In this document: one piece after another, positions 1 through 8,883 of the stretch
Numbering within the stretch: position 1 is the stretch's first letter
Layout of the letters: the number at the start of each line of letters is the position of its first letter
DNA from: a virus
Lineage: Duplodnaviria > Caudoviricetes
Length of the DNA stretch: 64,000 nucleotides
Direction: 5' to 3' (one strand)
IMG/VR virus record: IMGVR_UViG_2871846418_000001
Location: 7,517 to 71,516 of that record
The notes under the pieces: generated by a model
Seen by the model: only the letters and a program-made list of their open reading frames with translations
Told to the model about the DNA's origin: nothing
The model's database searches: none
Position numbers and translations under genes: made by a program

Positions 1-1557
1 GTGACGAATGCGACCGGCGATGATTGCAGGGATGAGTTGGTTTAACGCTGCCGCACTGATTTTGATGCCCTCGGCGGCCAGATCGGCTTTAACGTCATTG
101 GTGATCTCCGTGATGCTCATGCCTGCTGGCTTCAGCTCTTCAGTATCCGCCACCGGAGCGCCGCCCAATGTCTCGGGATACTTGAAGGATGTAGCCGAAT
201 GAAGCGGGGTTTTAGCAAAGGTCTTCTGCTCCACAACGGGGGCTACTGCGACCACCTGTCGTTCCCGCTCGATCCGTTCTTCATCAAGTTTCTTTTGGTT
301 GCTGATCCGCTGTTCGATCAGCAATTTCAAATGCTCGCTATCGTTTCCGACGAGCTGGTTGATATCGGCAAACAGGGATTTGAAAGCGGGAGCAATCGCA
401 TCGAACAGCTGTAAGTTCGCCTGGTATTTATCACAGATCTGATTGGCTTCGATCTTGGCGCGCGCTAACTCGTCATTGGCTGCGCTCTGTAAGGAGGTCA
501 GTGTTTTCTTTCCCTTGATCGCTGTAACAAAATCAGCCGAGATGGCTGGCAGACGTACGGCGCCAAGTTGGGCGTTCAAGGTGTTGATATGCTCATTCAG
601 CGCTTTCTTGGCGCCAGTGACGATTTCGGCGCGTATTTCATCTTTACGCGATTTGACCAGCCGGGTGAGCTCAAGACGTTTGGTACGCATTGCCTCACGT
701 AATGTATCGATTGTGCGAAACAGTTCATCAATCTGTACCGTTTGAGACAGGGCCTGACCTTTAATGAGGTCGAGTTCATTCTCGGCTTTGTCGCAGAATT
801 TCACGGTTTCCTCGGCATCGGCGAAGTCCTGATCCGTTACGAGGTTTGTATTGATGGACTCGATAAATGCCAGTGCCTGCCCTTGATATACGGTCAGGTT
901 CGACTGTTTTACAGCACCTTCGATTTCAACCATTAGCGCCGGCAATCGTGCTATCGCTTTGCCTTGTGGCGCTTCTTTGGTCTCGCGGGGTTTGAAGTTC
1001 TCCAGATCCTGCCTGAACTGCTGCCACCCAGCGACTAACGCCTCTACTCGTCCCGGTACTGGGGTGTATTCCATGGATACGAATTTTTCTTCGGTGCCGT
1101 CGGAACACACGAAAATGACACGATCTGCACCACTGACCAGTAACTGCTGTTCCAGCTGCCAGTAATATTCTGGCGCTAATTCCTTTTGACGGACTGCTTC
1201 AGCCAGGTTGGCATTCCACATTTTGTGTTCGAAAAGCGTGTCCTCCATCATGGTCATACCATCGAATGACGCCAATAAGTCGCCATCAACGGCCGTGGCC
1301 GGATAGAGCTCATCGCCGATCATATGCTCAACGATGATGCGGGCGGCGGCTTCTTGCTGGTGGCCTTTATCGAAGAGGTTGGTTTGCACCCAGTCACTGA
1401 TTTCACGTTCGGAACCAGTGGCTTTCATGCTCAGCAGTTCATCCCGACGCATTTTGCTGGATGTGGCCATCATTACAGGTGCTTCGCTGGCGGTGAAGTG
1501 TTTGGCACGCAGCGCGTGCCATTCAGCAGAACCCTGCTGTACGTTAATGATTTGCAT
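1..1557 (-). CDS. YqaJ-like viral recombination exonuclease with long coiled-coil C-terminus (partial, runs off window)
   Basis: Not in ORF track; hand translation from ATG 1557: MQIINVQQGSAEWHALRAKHFTASEAP...ASFDG...FEHK...YYWQLEQQLLVSG, open to base 1; overlaps bet stop. Confidence 0.88.
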   Translation of the reverse strand, partial: MQIINVQQGSAEWHALRAKHFTASEAPVMMATSSKMRRDELLSMKATGSEREISDWVQTNLFDKGHQQEAAARIIVEHMIGDELYPATAVDGDLLASFDGMTMMEDTLFEHKMWNANLAEAVRQKELAPEYYWQLEQQLLVSGADRVIFVCSDGTEEKFVSMEYTPVPGRVEALVAGWQQFRQDLENFKPRETKEAPQGKAIARLPALMVEIEGAVKQSNLTVYQGQALAFIESINTNLVTDQDFADAEETVKFCDKAENELDLIKGQALSQTVQIDELFRTIDTLREAMRTKRLELTRLVKSRKDEIRAEIVTGAKKALNEHINTLNAQLGAVRLPAISADFVTAIKGKKTLTSLQSAANDELARAKIEANQICDKYQANLQLFDAIAPAFKSLFADINQLVGNDSEHLKLLIEQRISNQKKLDEERIERERQVVAVAPVVEQKTFAKTPLHSATSFKYPETLGGAPVADTEELKPAGMSITEITNDVKADLAAEGIKISAAALNQLIPAIIAGRIRH

Positions 1558-2383
1558 CGATAGGCTCCAGTCTGCGGATTACGTCTTTTTGATCTTCGGA
1601 GAGGGTGAATTTGGTGCTGACCGTGGCGATCACTGCATCAGCTTTCTTGCTGCCGGACTCAATCATCCTTTGCCAACCAGGCAGATTTGCACTGAACTTA
1701 TCTGCTGGGTAATGTGGCAGCGTCAACGGCGCCTGGGTTTCTTTGTGGGGCGTCACATCCTTGGCGTCGTTGATATCCAGTGTTTTTCCCTCCATTTCTT
1801 CTGCCGTGGGTTGTTGGCCGATTTCGGGCCATGCTTTGCGCAGCGCCTGCGCTTCCGCGCATTTCGCTAACTGGCCGTAAGGGCGTTTTTTCCACATGGC
1901 ATTGGGGGCTGAATTATCACGACCGGCGGTCGCGTAGTTTTCCAGCCAATACTCTTTGGCACTGAACTCGACGATCTTGCCATCGGGCATGCGCTTACAG
2001 ACTGTGTATTTGCACCAGGCGGGGAAGGTGATCTCGACGCCGTTTAGCGTCTTTGTAATATCGTCGCCAAATTCAGGCTCATTTGCACCCGCATAGCTCC
2101 CTGAGCGGTCGGCCTGAATGCGATAAAGGCCGATGCCGGGCATCACTACGTCGCGCCATTCGTTTTTGCCTGATTGGGCATCTTTAACGCTCATCGGTAC
2201 CAAGTGAACCGGCTTCATCAGCGGATCCAACTGACGAGCGATGCAATAGCTGACAGCCATGACAACAGAGTCATCCCGCGCGCCGGGATAAATGGAGTTT
2301 TTCAGCGCGTTCCAGGTAGGCTCATCGATCCCCATGGCCGCGACAGATTGTGGCAAAGTGCCTGTTGTTACCATGTTGCTCAT
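1544..2383 (-). CDS. bet: Phage recombination protein Bet (single-strand annealing)
   Basis: LDPLMKPVHLVP, GIGLYRIQADRSG, WKKRPYGQLAKCAEAQALRKAWP motifs; next to exonuclease. Confidence 0.9.
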   Translation of the reverse strand: MSNMVTTGTLPQSVAAMGIDEPTWNALKNSIYPGARDDSVVMAVSYCIARQLDPLMKPVHLVPMSVKDAQSGKNEWRDVVMPGIGLYRIQADRSGSYAGANEPEFGDDITKTLNGVEITFPAWCKYTVCKRMPDGKIVEFSAKEYWLENYATAGRDNSAPNAMWKKRPYGQLAKCAEAQALRKAWPEIGQQPTAEEMEGKTLDINDAKDVTPHKETQAPLTLPHYPADKFSANLPGWQRMIESGSKKADAVIATVSTKFTLSEDQKDVIRRLEPIDANH

Positions 2384-2538
2384 TGGTCAGCCCTCACGGA
2401 GTTACGGATAGATAAGCGGAAAACGCTGAGAACGACGGCGCAGGCTTTCAACGAATGGCGGCGGTGTTTGAAATGGTGAATATTGTGGCTGCCGATCCGG
2501 TGTTGGTACTGGATCTGTTGGATAGGGTTATGGCTCAT
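2380..2538 (-). CDS. Small hypothetical phage protein (52 aa)
   Basis: GGAG RBS, MSHNPIQQIQYQHRIG..., TGA overlaps bet ATG. Confidence 0.55.
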   Translation of the reverse strand: MSHNPIQQIQYQHRIGSHNIHHFKHRRHSLKACAVVLSVFRLSIRNSVRADQ

Positions 2539-2683
2539 GGTATTCTCCGTGTTGATCGGGGGTGGTTCCCCGGTCAGCTAGCTGGTGGCCTTTGGTCATT
2601 GGCCAGTCCTTATGATTTGCGGTTTGGTCGCCGCATCTCGGGATAGCCCCGCTTGCGGGGCTTTTCTCGTTTATGGAGGAAAT

Positions 2684-3277
2684 ATGGCATTACCTAAAGA
2701 ACATTTAACTGAAAGAGCTATTTATTTAAGAAATGAATTTGAAAAATATTCCATAGAAGAGTTACACAATCTAACAAGTGAAGATTTTAAAATGTTAGGA
2801 ATGTATATTGAGACATATAACTTTATAGATTTCAATGTTCAAAGACTTTATCTTCTTTTAAAAGAAAAGGGCGTAATAATTACGGATAAAAAAGTCAAAG
2901 AGCACAATGCTCATATGCTAAGCAAACTTAAAGAAGTTGTTGATAAATTTTGTGATACTTCAGATGTTGATGTTGCATTGGCGATAATGCAGGAAATTGA
3001 ATTTAGAAAACCTTATCGGAATATCTATGCTCATTGGGCCGCAAAAAGAATCCCTAATGAAGATGCTATTGTATTTCTTTCAAGTGAACCAAGTGAGTAT
3101 CGAAAGAAATTTAAGTGTGAAATACCATTAGGTGGTAGTATCTTTGCAATTATGGATGTTGTTGACATGAAGTGGTTGGTTAATCATTTGCAAGATTTTG
3201 AGCGATGGATAGCAATAAAAATATCCGAGGTTTATAAAGAAATGCATGAAAATAAAAGTATCACTCCAAGTAATTGA
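2684..3277 (+). CDS. AT-rich moron, putative HEPN-like protein (197 aa)
   Basis: GGAGGA RBS before ATG 2684; opposite to early operon; RNIYAH fits the Rx4H motif. Confidence 0.6.
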   Translation: MALPKEHLTERAIYLRNEFEKYSIEELHNLTSEDFKMLGMYIETYNFIDFNVQRLYLLLKEKGVIITDKKVKEHNAHMLSKLKEVVDKFCDTSDVDVALAIMQEIEFRKPYRNIYAHWAAKRIPNEDAIVFLSSEPSEYRKKFKCEIPLGGSIFAIMDVVDMKWLVNHLQDFERWIAIKISEVYKEMHENKSITPSN

Positions 3278-3293
3278 AACAGGGATTTAGTTA

Positions 3294-3599
3294 TTAGTTA
3301 GTCATAAACTCCATCGCTCGTTCGGTTTTCGCGATCCGGGTGAGGATCTCGGTTTGCACCGAGCAAAGGTATTCCTCCATTCCAGGTGACTCTGTCAGTG
3401 CGACCAGAGGCCGCTTGTCCAGCCCCGCGATGTGACAGCGTTCCGCAATCAGTTTTTGGAACACCGATACCCGCAGGCTTTTACGCATACCCTCAACGCG
3501 CGCATCGAGCAGCGCTTTTTCATCAGGATCCGCCGCTAACGTGCGGTCATACTGTTCCAGCGTCTCCTCAACCATCCGCTGATAGTTGTATTCGTGCAT
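3294..3599 (-). CDS. Hypothetical phage protein
   Basis: 101-aa ORF with GGAGGT RBS in leftward operon. Confidence 0.7.
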   Translation of the reverse strand: MHEYNYQRMVEETLEQYDRTLAADPDEKALLDARVEGMRKSLRVSVFQKLIAERCHIAGLDKRPLVALTESPGMEEYLCSVQTEILTRIAKTERAMEFMTN

Positions 3600-3666
3600 T
3601 GCTTACCTCCGGTATCAGTGAACTTACTCATGCGCCAGCAGCCTGGCGCATGGTGAAAGTACGCTG

Positions 3667-3936
3667 TTATTCGTCATCCTTCTTTTCATTGATGCGCTGG
3701 AACGGGAAACGCTCGGTGTCCGCTTTGATATGGCGGTAGAAGTGGGAGCCAACGGAGTCCGCATCTTTGAACGCGGCAAAATCCTCTGCCGTTACATTGC
3801 TGTAGTGGTACAGCGCCGCCGGTTCGCCGCGGGACTTGAAGCGAATTGCCAAGGTATTGGTTGCCGCGTCGTGGCCGATGCTGTGGATCTGGGAAGAGTT
3901 AACAGGTGCCAGGTTGATATTGATTGTCATTGTCAT
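3667..3936 (-). CDS. KTSC domain protein
   Basis: PVNSSQIHSIGHD...LAIRF...YHYSNV...SVGSHFYRHIK pattern. Confidence 0.85.
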   Translation of the reverse strand: MTMTININLAPVNSSQIHSIGHDAATNTLAIRFKSRGEPAALYHYSNVTAEDFAAFKDADSVGSHFYRHIKADTERFPFQRINEKKDDE

Positions 3937-4124
3937 GGTGGTTTCCTTCGGTTGGTGAAAAATCCGGTGGCTGATGTAGGGGCAAAAAAAGCCCCGACGA
4001 GCGGGGCAAGAGGACTACACACAGCAAATAATTCATTCGGCTGTAGCCTGTTGTCGCGTGGACGCCCCGAAGGCACGCCAAGCCACATGCGAATGAATGC
4101 GCCCCATAGGGCGCGTGGTGGGAG

Positions 4125-4292
4125 TTAGTTGCTAACGCTGCACTGGTGTTTTTTGCTAAACACTCGCTTGGCCTGAATTATTTTTGAACCACTCAGCGTT
4201 TTGTAGAAAACCGCGCGGCAGTTGTTGCAAAACAGAACCTTCAGGCCGTGGCCATCAACACCCCATCCGACGTGCTCATTTATCGCTTTCAT
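4125..4292 (-). CDS. Small hypothetical protein with CxxC (55 aa)
   Basis: GGAG RBS, MKAINEHVGWG...FCNNC. Confidence 0.5.
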   Translation of the reverse strand: MKAINEHVGWGVDGHGLKVLFCNNCRAVFYKTLSGSKIIQAKRVFSKKHQCSVSN

Positions 4293-4398
4293 CGGGTAAC
4301 TCCAAATATGAAGAACGCCCAGAAAAGGGCGCAGATAATGACAACAGCTAACAACCATTTGCCTCTTATGCGCATGGGTAGCTCCTGGCTGAGTGGCC

Positions 4399-4887
4399 TT
4401 ATTTATGTGTCAGGGTGGAGAAAAAACTGATACAGATAGCCTTTGCTTTTTGGCACTGTTCAATGTTGAACCAGCCAAAGTGACACTCAGCGACGGGGAT
4501 TTGCATTTGGTCAGCAAGCCAACTGTATGCTCCATTCCGATCCATTGTTTCGAAGCGTTGAGGAACGGTCAGGCCAGATACCTTCAACTTGCGGTTAAAA
4601 AGCCGTTCGAAATATGGCTTACACTCTTTACGAGCTTTTCGAGTTGGCTCATCAGCCAGGGTTCCTAATGGGATGGCAGTAAAAGGATGAAGCCCAACGT
4701 AAGCGGCGCAGGAATCGCACAGGTAAACGTAAGGCCAATCACTAAACTCTCTGCCGCCGTATATTTCCGCGTGTCCGGCGACACGAACAGAACCAGAACA
4801 GAATCTGCAAATTGTCGGGGCGGGCAACGGATTTTTAACCCTGGCTGTTGCTGAGCGGCCCGGGTTATCAGGGGTTTTAATTTCCAT
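4399..4887 (-). CDS. DUF3268-like zinc-finger protein
   Basis: CRFC, YLCDSCAAYVGLHP..PLGTLAD, CHFGWF motifs. Confidence 0.75.
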   Translation of the reverse strand: MEIKTPDNPGRSATARVKNPLPAPTICRFCSGSVRVAGHAEIYGGREFSDWPYVYLCDSCAAYVGLHPFTAIPLGTLADEPTRKARKECKPYFERLFNRKLKVSGLTVPQRFETMDRNGAYSWLADQMQIPVAECHFGWFNIEQCQKAKAICISFFSTLTHK

Positions 4888-4953
4888 GGCAAAACCTTGA
4901 GGCGAAAAAAAAGCCGCAGCGTTAGCTACGGCTCTTAGTGTTAGGGAAGGGGC

Positions 4954-5217
4954 TTAGATGACGCCGCGGGGGATCCGGCTGCTACCGCGCATTTTCTGGC
5001 GACCGGCGGCGCTGATTTGCCCAGGCGCCAGAGGCTCGCTCTCAACAGTGCGGCGTTTGCGTGGCTTCGGTGGTGCTGGCATATCCGGCATCGTTTTACA
5101 GCGGGTGATCACCAACGTTGTTTTTTCGATGCGGTCGCTGCTGCGCTGGATTCGTTCTTGCAATTCACGAGCTCGGCGCAGCCGTGCTGATTTAGCTTTT
5201 GCTTTAATCATGGTCAT
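4954..5217 (-). CDS. N: Early antiterminator, N-like
   Basis: Arg-rich N-terminus (SARLRRARE), C-terminal GRQKMRGSSRIP resembling the end of lambda N; downstream of pL and boxA. Confidence 0.7.
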   Translation of the reverse strand: MTMIKAKAKSARLRRARELQERIQRSSDRIEKTTLVITRCKTMPDMPAPPKPRKRRTVESEPLAPGQISAAGRQKMRGSSRIPRGVI

Positions 5218-5308
5218 TGGTCAGTCCTTATTGTTGGTTTTTCTGGGATATTTAGGCACGCCCAGCCGTGCTATCCTTGCTGTCACCACAACAAGTAAGG
5301 ATACGGTT

Positions 5309-5590
5309 ATGAAAGAGAGATTCGAGGCTACTTGTCCGTTGTGCAACGACGATGGAAGCTATGTTTTCACGGATTCGGATAACTACAAGATTTATGAGTG
5401 TTCAGATTGCGGGGGATTTGAGATCAGCACTCACGCTGAGAAATTAGTTAGGGATATGCCCCAAGAACGTAGAGAGTTTTATTCATCACTCATTGCTGCT
5501 GCACCTGAAGGGCAGGTATTAGAAATATCATTCGAGGTTCTAACAACTGGGAACCGGGTTAATCATCGCTATATCAGTGTGCCTGAGTAG
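5309..5590 (+). CDS. Zn-ribbon hypothetical moron (93 aa)
   Basis: AAGGA RBS; CPLC and CSDC pairs; antisense to pL operon. Confidence 0.65.
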   Translation: MKERFEATCPLCNDDGSYVFTDSDNYKIYECSDCGGFEISTHAEKLVRDMPQERREFYSSLIAAAPEGQVLEISFEVLTTGNRVNHRYISVPE

Positions 5591-5756
5591 TCTTTCCTTC
5601 CTCAATGGTACGAATTGACAGCATCAAACCGTCTTGATTCATCCACTCATTTAACTGCTGGAAGACAAACGTAGGATGCTTTTCCAGCAGTTCCTTCAAC
5701 TGTTGTACTTCGTCTTCTGTCGGTTTCTGTCGCTCATCATTCATCTGTTTTCTCAT
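5574..5756 (-). CDS. Hypothetical protein
   Basis: 60-aa ORF in pL orientation. Confidence 0.4.
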   Translation of the reverse strand: MRKQMNDERQKPTEDEVQQLKELLEKHPTFVFQQLNEWMNQDGLMLSIRTIEEGKTTQAH

Positions 5757-5854
5757 TCAGTTAGTTTGATTTTTAATGATTAGGTAGCCTGCTTTTTTCC
5801 ACATCAGGCGAGGTGGTATCTTGGTGTTTCCACACAACCAAGAAGGTAGAAAAA

Positions 5855-6139
5855 ATGGCCGATTATGTTGCACGAGTTGAGCTTTTCGATGCGGATGGAG
5901 AAAATTATGAAACTCTTCATGAAAGAATGAAGTCGCTTGGCTTTAAGCGTGAAGTAACCTATTCAGATGGTTCGATTTACAACTTGCCAATCGGTACTTA
6001 TCACGGTAGTTCCAATAGTACGAGCGAAGCCTTGAGGGATGCCATAGGGAATATTGGTTCGCCTTTGTCCTCTAAAAAGCCAGCTGTCTTTGTAGCCAAA
6101 ATAGATGGTTGGGCTGCTTACTTGTATTCAACGTCCTGA
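5855..6139 (+). CDS. DUF2622/GhoS-like small protein
   Basis: MADYVARVELFDADGENYETLHERMKSLGF...YNLPIGTY pattern. Confidence 0.7.
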   Translation: MADYVARVELFDADGENYETLHERMKSLGFKREVTYSDGSIYNLPIGTYHGSSNSTSEALRDAIGNIGSPLSSKKPAVFVAKIDGWAAYLYSTS

Positions 6140-6376
6140 TAAGCATTCTCCGATACCATGAGGGGGCGGTGAGTAGCCTCCTTTTTCTAACAACAGAATT
6201 CTCTTAGCCGCATAGAGCAAGGCGCTCTCAACCATGGCAAAGCGTTCATTAGAATCCATTCGGTTAGTCGCAGATGCCATTAAAAATGTATCTTGATAAT
6301 TAGTACTACCATTAGTCACCGTTATGTCAAAACCGCCATCATCTCGCTTGGTAACAATTACTTTTTCGTTTCCCAT
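6128..6376 (-). CDS. Hypothetical protein, first gene of pL transcript
   Basis: 82-aa ORF with AAAGGG RBS. Confidence 0.55.
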   Translation of the reverse strand: MGNEKVIVTKRDDGGFDITVTNGSTNYQDTFLMASATNRMDSNERFAMVESALLYAAKRILLLEKGGYSPPPHGIGECLSGR

Positions 6377-6540
6377 CGTGTAACCCTTTCTTGTTTAGTG
6401 GCCTTAGTCCTGCCGCCCCGAAATGGCAGCGGCAGGGTAAATCCACTTCTGACAGAACAGGCTTAGTGATCGGCGGTCTATCATCCAGCCGAGTTGCACC
6501 GCGACGCGCACCTGGTGGCGCTTGTGTTGCTGTCGCTACC

Positions 6541-6555
6541 TGTTTGTTAAAGAGC
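6541..6555 (-). promoter_or_regulatory. boxA of nutL
   Basis: GCTCTTTAACAAACA on minus strand just after pL. Confidence 0.75.
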
Positions 6556-6576
6556 AATCCCGGTTGGGATGCTTTG

Positions 6577-6628
6577 AATGTAACTTTGGTTTCGGGTTTC
6601 GTCAAGCTGATTTTGACACTTTGGTTTC
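6577..6628 (-). promoter_or_regulatory. pL promoter with two OL operators
   Basis: TTGACG-17-TACATT; 14-bp sites GTAACTTTGGTTTC (6580-6593) and GACACTTTGGTTTC (6615-6628). Confidence 0.75.
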
Positions 6629-6688
6629 GGGCTGGAGGTTAAAAAAACCGACTAACGCCGGTTTTGACATATGGTGTTGTGTCCTGGC

Positions 6689-7309
6689 TTAGGAGCTACA
6701 GTCAGATTTCGTAAACTTATACGTTATGTCATCGTTAGGAAATTTATACGTATAAACAGAAATACCGCCAAACTTGGTAATTAGTACGTTTTGACATAGA
6801 GCCTTATTGAACGCGTCTCGAGCAATTTTAGCGATTTCAGGTTTCTTACCTTCATCTAGTTGAATGTCATTTACAACATATTCATAGTGGAGTTCATGTC
6901 CAGTTATGAACATATTGCTTAAAGTAGTGTATTCATCCAGCCTTTTTGGCAATCCCATCGATTTCTTGACTTTCTCAAGCTCTACAGGGGCATCTTCCCA
7001 AACTTTTGATGTTTGATATTTATCAGTTAGCATCTGCCCTAAAGGTTTTGCAATCACAGCTGCCATTCCAGCAACCACGAGGATTATTATTCTATATCCC
7101 CACTTTTTAATTAATTTGTTAGCTGAATTTTCTTCTGGCGCTTCTATCAAAGCTGCTTTGAATTGCTTCTCAGGTGATGCTGGGGTTGGATTTGACGTTG
7201 TCCATGGATTTTGCTCACCAATTTTTTTTGTCGAGTAGGTAGATGTTCCGCATGCCCTACAGAATTTGTCGTCAACTTCGACTTTGCCACCGCATTTATT
7301 GCAATACAT
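6689..7309 (-). CDS. Zn-ribbon single-TM membrane protein cotranscribed with cI
   Basis: MYCNKCG...FCRACG, one hydrophobic segment; ATG abuts cI stop. Confidence 0.75.
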   Translation of the reverse strand: MYCNKCGGKVEVDDKFCRACGTSTYSTKKIGEQNPWTTSNPTPASPEKQFKAALIEAPEENSANKLIKKWGYRIIILVVAGMAAVIAKPLGQMLTDKYQTSKVWEDAPVELEKVKKSMGLPKRLDEYTTLSNMFITGHELHYEYVVNDIQLDEGKKPEIAKIARDAFNKALCQNVLITKFGGISVYTYKFPNDDITYKFTKSDCSS

Positions 7310-7966
7310 TTATTTATTGCCCTCTCGCAGAATCCATTTCGCATCAACAACCACCCCAACAGGCATGTACTGCCCATCTATTTTAATCATTGAGTAGTTT
7401 TGGTTTAGCGGTCTGAGGTATCGATCACCGGCCTCTTCAACATACTTCCTGAAAAATATTTCTCGAGTTCCAGACTTCTTAAATATAACTAAATTACCAG
7501 AAGTGAGACTGTCAGTAGGATTAACGAGTATCATCATCCCTTCAGGAATCGTTAGTCCTATAGGAGAGGTCATGGCATCGGTTTCTACTTTCAACCAAAA
7601 TGCATCTTTACCTACGTTCAGAGTAGTTTCCAGCCATTTTTCAGCTTTTTCTTTGCCCCCCTCAATCTGCTGCAATACTGACTGCCAATTTAATACTGGG
7701 TGTCTATAGGGCGTGTATTGTGGCTCTGGATCAATATTAGAAGTGCGGCCTTCAATAGTTCCTTTACCCGTTTGAAGCCACTCGGGATCGCATCGCAAAG
7801 CTCGTGCAACATTGAAAAGGGTGTCGCCATTGAAATTTTTGGTCATGCCGAGTTCAGCCTTGCTTATTGCAACGCGTGAGACGCCAGCTTTCTTGGCTAA
7901 TTCTTCTTGAGACATTTGCAAATCAGCTCGCCGTTTACTGACTCGCTCGCCAAGGGTACTGGTCAT
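7310..7966 (-). CDS. cI: CI-like repressor (HTH + degenerate S24 domain)
   Basis: LGERVSKRRADLQMSQEELAKKAGVSRVAISKAE HTH; C-terminal S24-like fold; divergent from cro. Confidence 0.9.
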   Translation of the reverse strand: MTSTLGERVSKRRADLQMSQEELAKKAGVSRVAISKAELGMTKNFNGDTLFNVARALRCDPEWLQTGKGTIEGRTSNIDPEPQYTPYRHPVLNWQSVLQQIEGGKEKAEKWLETTLNVGKDAFWLKVETDAMTSPIGLTIPEGMMILVNPTDSLTSGNLVIFKKSGTREIFFRKYVEEAGDRYLRPLNQNYSMIKIDGQYMPVGVVVDAKWILREGNK

Positions 7967-7989
7967 CTTTTGCTCCAAACCTGAAATCA

Positions 7990-8065
7990 GACACCAAAGT
8001 AACATTAACCTTAGAAACTTTGTTTTCGTTGTGCTATTGATTGGTTTCGACACTTTAGTTACGCT
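7990..8065 (+). promoter_or_regulatory. OR operators and pR
   Basis: GACACCAAAGTAAC (7990), GAAACTTTGTTTTC (8014), GACACTTTAGTTAC (8049) match the OL motif; TTGATT-17-TACGCT at 8037-8065. Confidence 0.72.
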
Positions 8066-8081
8066 TGCCGTGGAGGTAACA

Positions 8082-8324
8082 ATGAGACTTTACGAAATTC
8101 TGAAAGAACAAATTGGTAGTAACGCAGAAATTGGGCGCCTATTCCCATCCAAAGGCAGGGCAAGAACTGGGCAAGCCGTGGGGAAATGGAGGGCTCAAGG
8201 AGTACCTGAAGACATAGCTCTGCTTTGTCACTTGTCACCAAAAATCCCATACACCTACAACCCTGCGGACTACGGCCGCAATCCTGAAAATTTAAGCCTG
8301 GTTCTGACCAAGCCGGCTTGTTAG
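8082..8324 (+). CDS. cro: Cro-like protein
   Basis: GGAGGT RBS; GSNAEIGR...GQAVGKW...GVP; position after pR. Confidence 0.75.
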   Translation: MRLYEILKEQIGSNAEIGRLFPSKGRARTGQAVGKWRAQGVPEDIALLCHLSPKIPYTYNPADYGRNPENLSLVLTKPAC

Positions 8325-8344
8325 CAGTACATAAGGACTGACCA

Positions 8345-8704
8345 ATGACCACAATTTACCAGCCAGACGACGGAACGGCAGGGGCCACGATAGCCTCAGG
8401 TGTCCGGAAGGAGCTTTTGGGGCGTAAGAAGGTAGGCAAGAACGGCCTGCCGTTCTCAGCTGTCCGTGAAGACCAGATCAAAACCCGTTGGACAGAAAGC
8501 GAAGCGGTGACGATCAAAAGCGCCGCCAGCGCGATGTCGTCAAATCCCGCCGTTGAAACCAACGTTGCCGCGATCCGGGGTTTCCTGGCTATGTTTGCCG
8601 AAGCGCCCGAAATGCTGGTGCACGTTCATAACGAACTGAAGGCCGCCGGCCTGCCAGTTCCCGAATGGCTTCCACTTCCACCCACCAAGGAGCTGTCGAA
8701 ATGA
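8345..8704 (+). CDS. Hypothetical regulator at the cII position
   Basis: 119-aa ORF directly after cro; function inferred from position only. Confidence 0.65.
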   Translation: MTTIYQPDDGTAGATIASGVRKELLGRKKVGKNGLPFSAVREDQIKTRWTESEAVTIKSAASAMSSNPAVETNVAAIRGFLAMFAEAPEMLVHVHNELKAAGLPVPEWLPLPPTKELSK

Positions 8705-8883
8705 GCCAGCAAACCACCACACAATCCGTAGAACTGATATCCAGCCTTGTAGGCAAGAAGTTGGGCATCGCTGGGCATGAGGCCCGGCGTTTGGCTATCA
8801 CAGGGACTCTGTCAGGGGTAACGCAGGCGTTTTATTCGCGGGAAAGTGACAAACATGGGGCCTCTGCTTCGAGGTCTGAGTAA
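8701..8883 (+). CDS. Hypothetical protein (60 aa)
   Basis: AAGGAG RBS; overlaps both neighbours. Confidence 0.6.
   Translation: MSQQTTTQSVELISSLVGKKLGIAGHEARRLAITGTLSGVTQAFYSRESDKHGASASRSE

Noticed and set aside
8-1870. Several plus-strand ORFs
   Set aside because: Antisense to the exonuclease and bet genes
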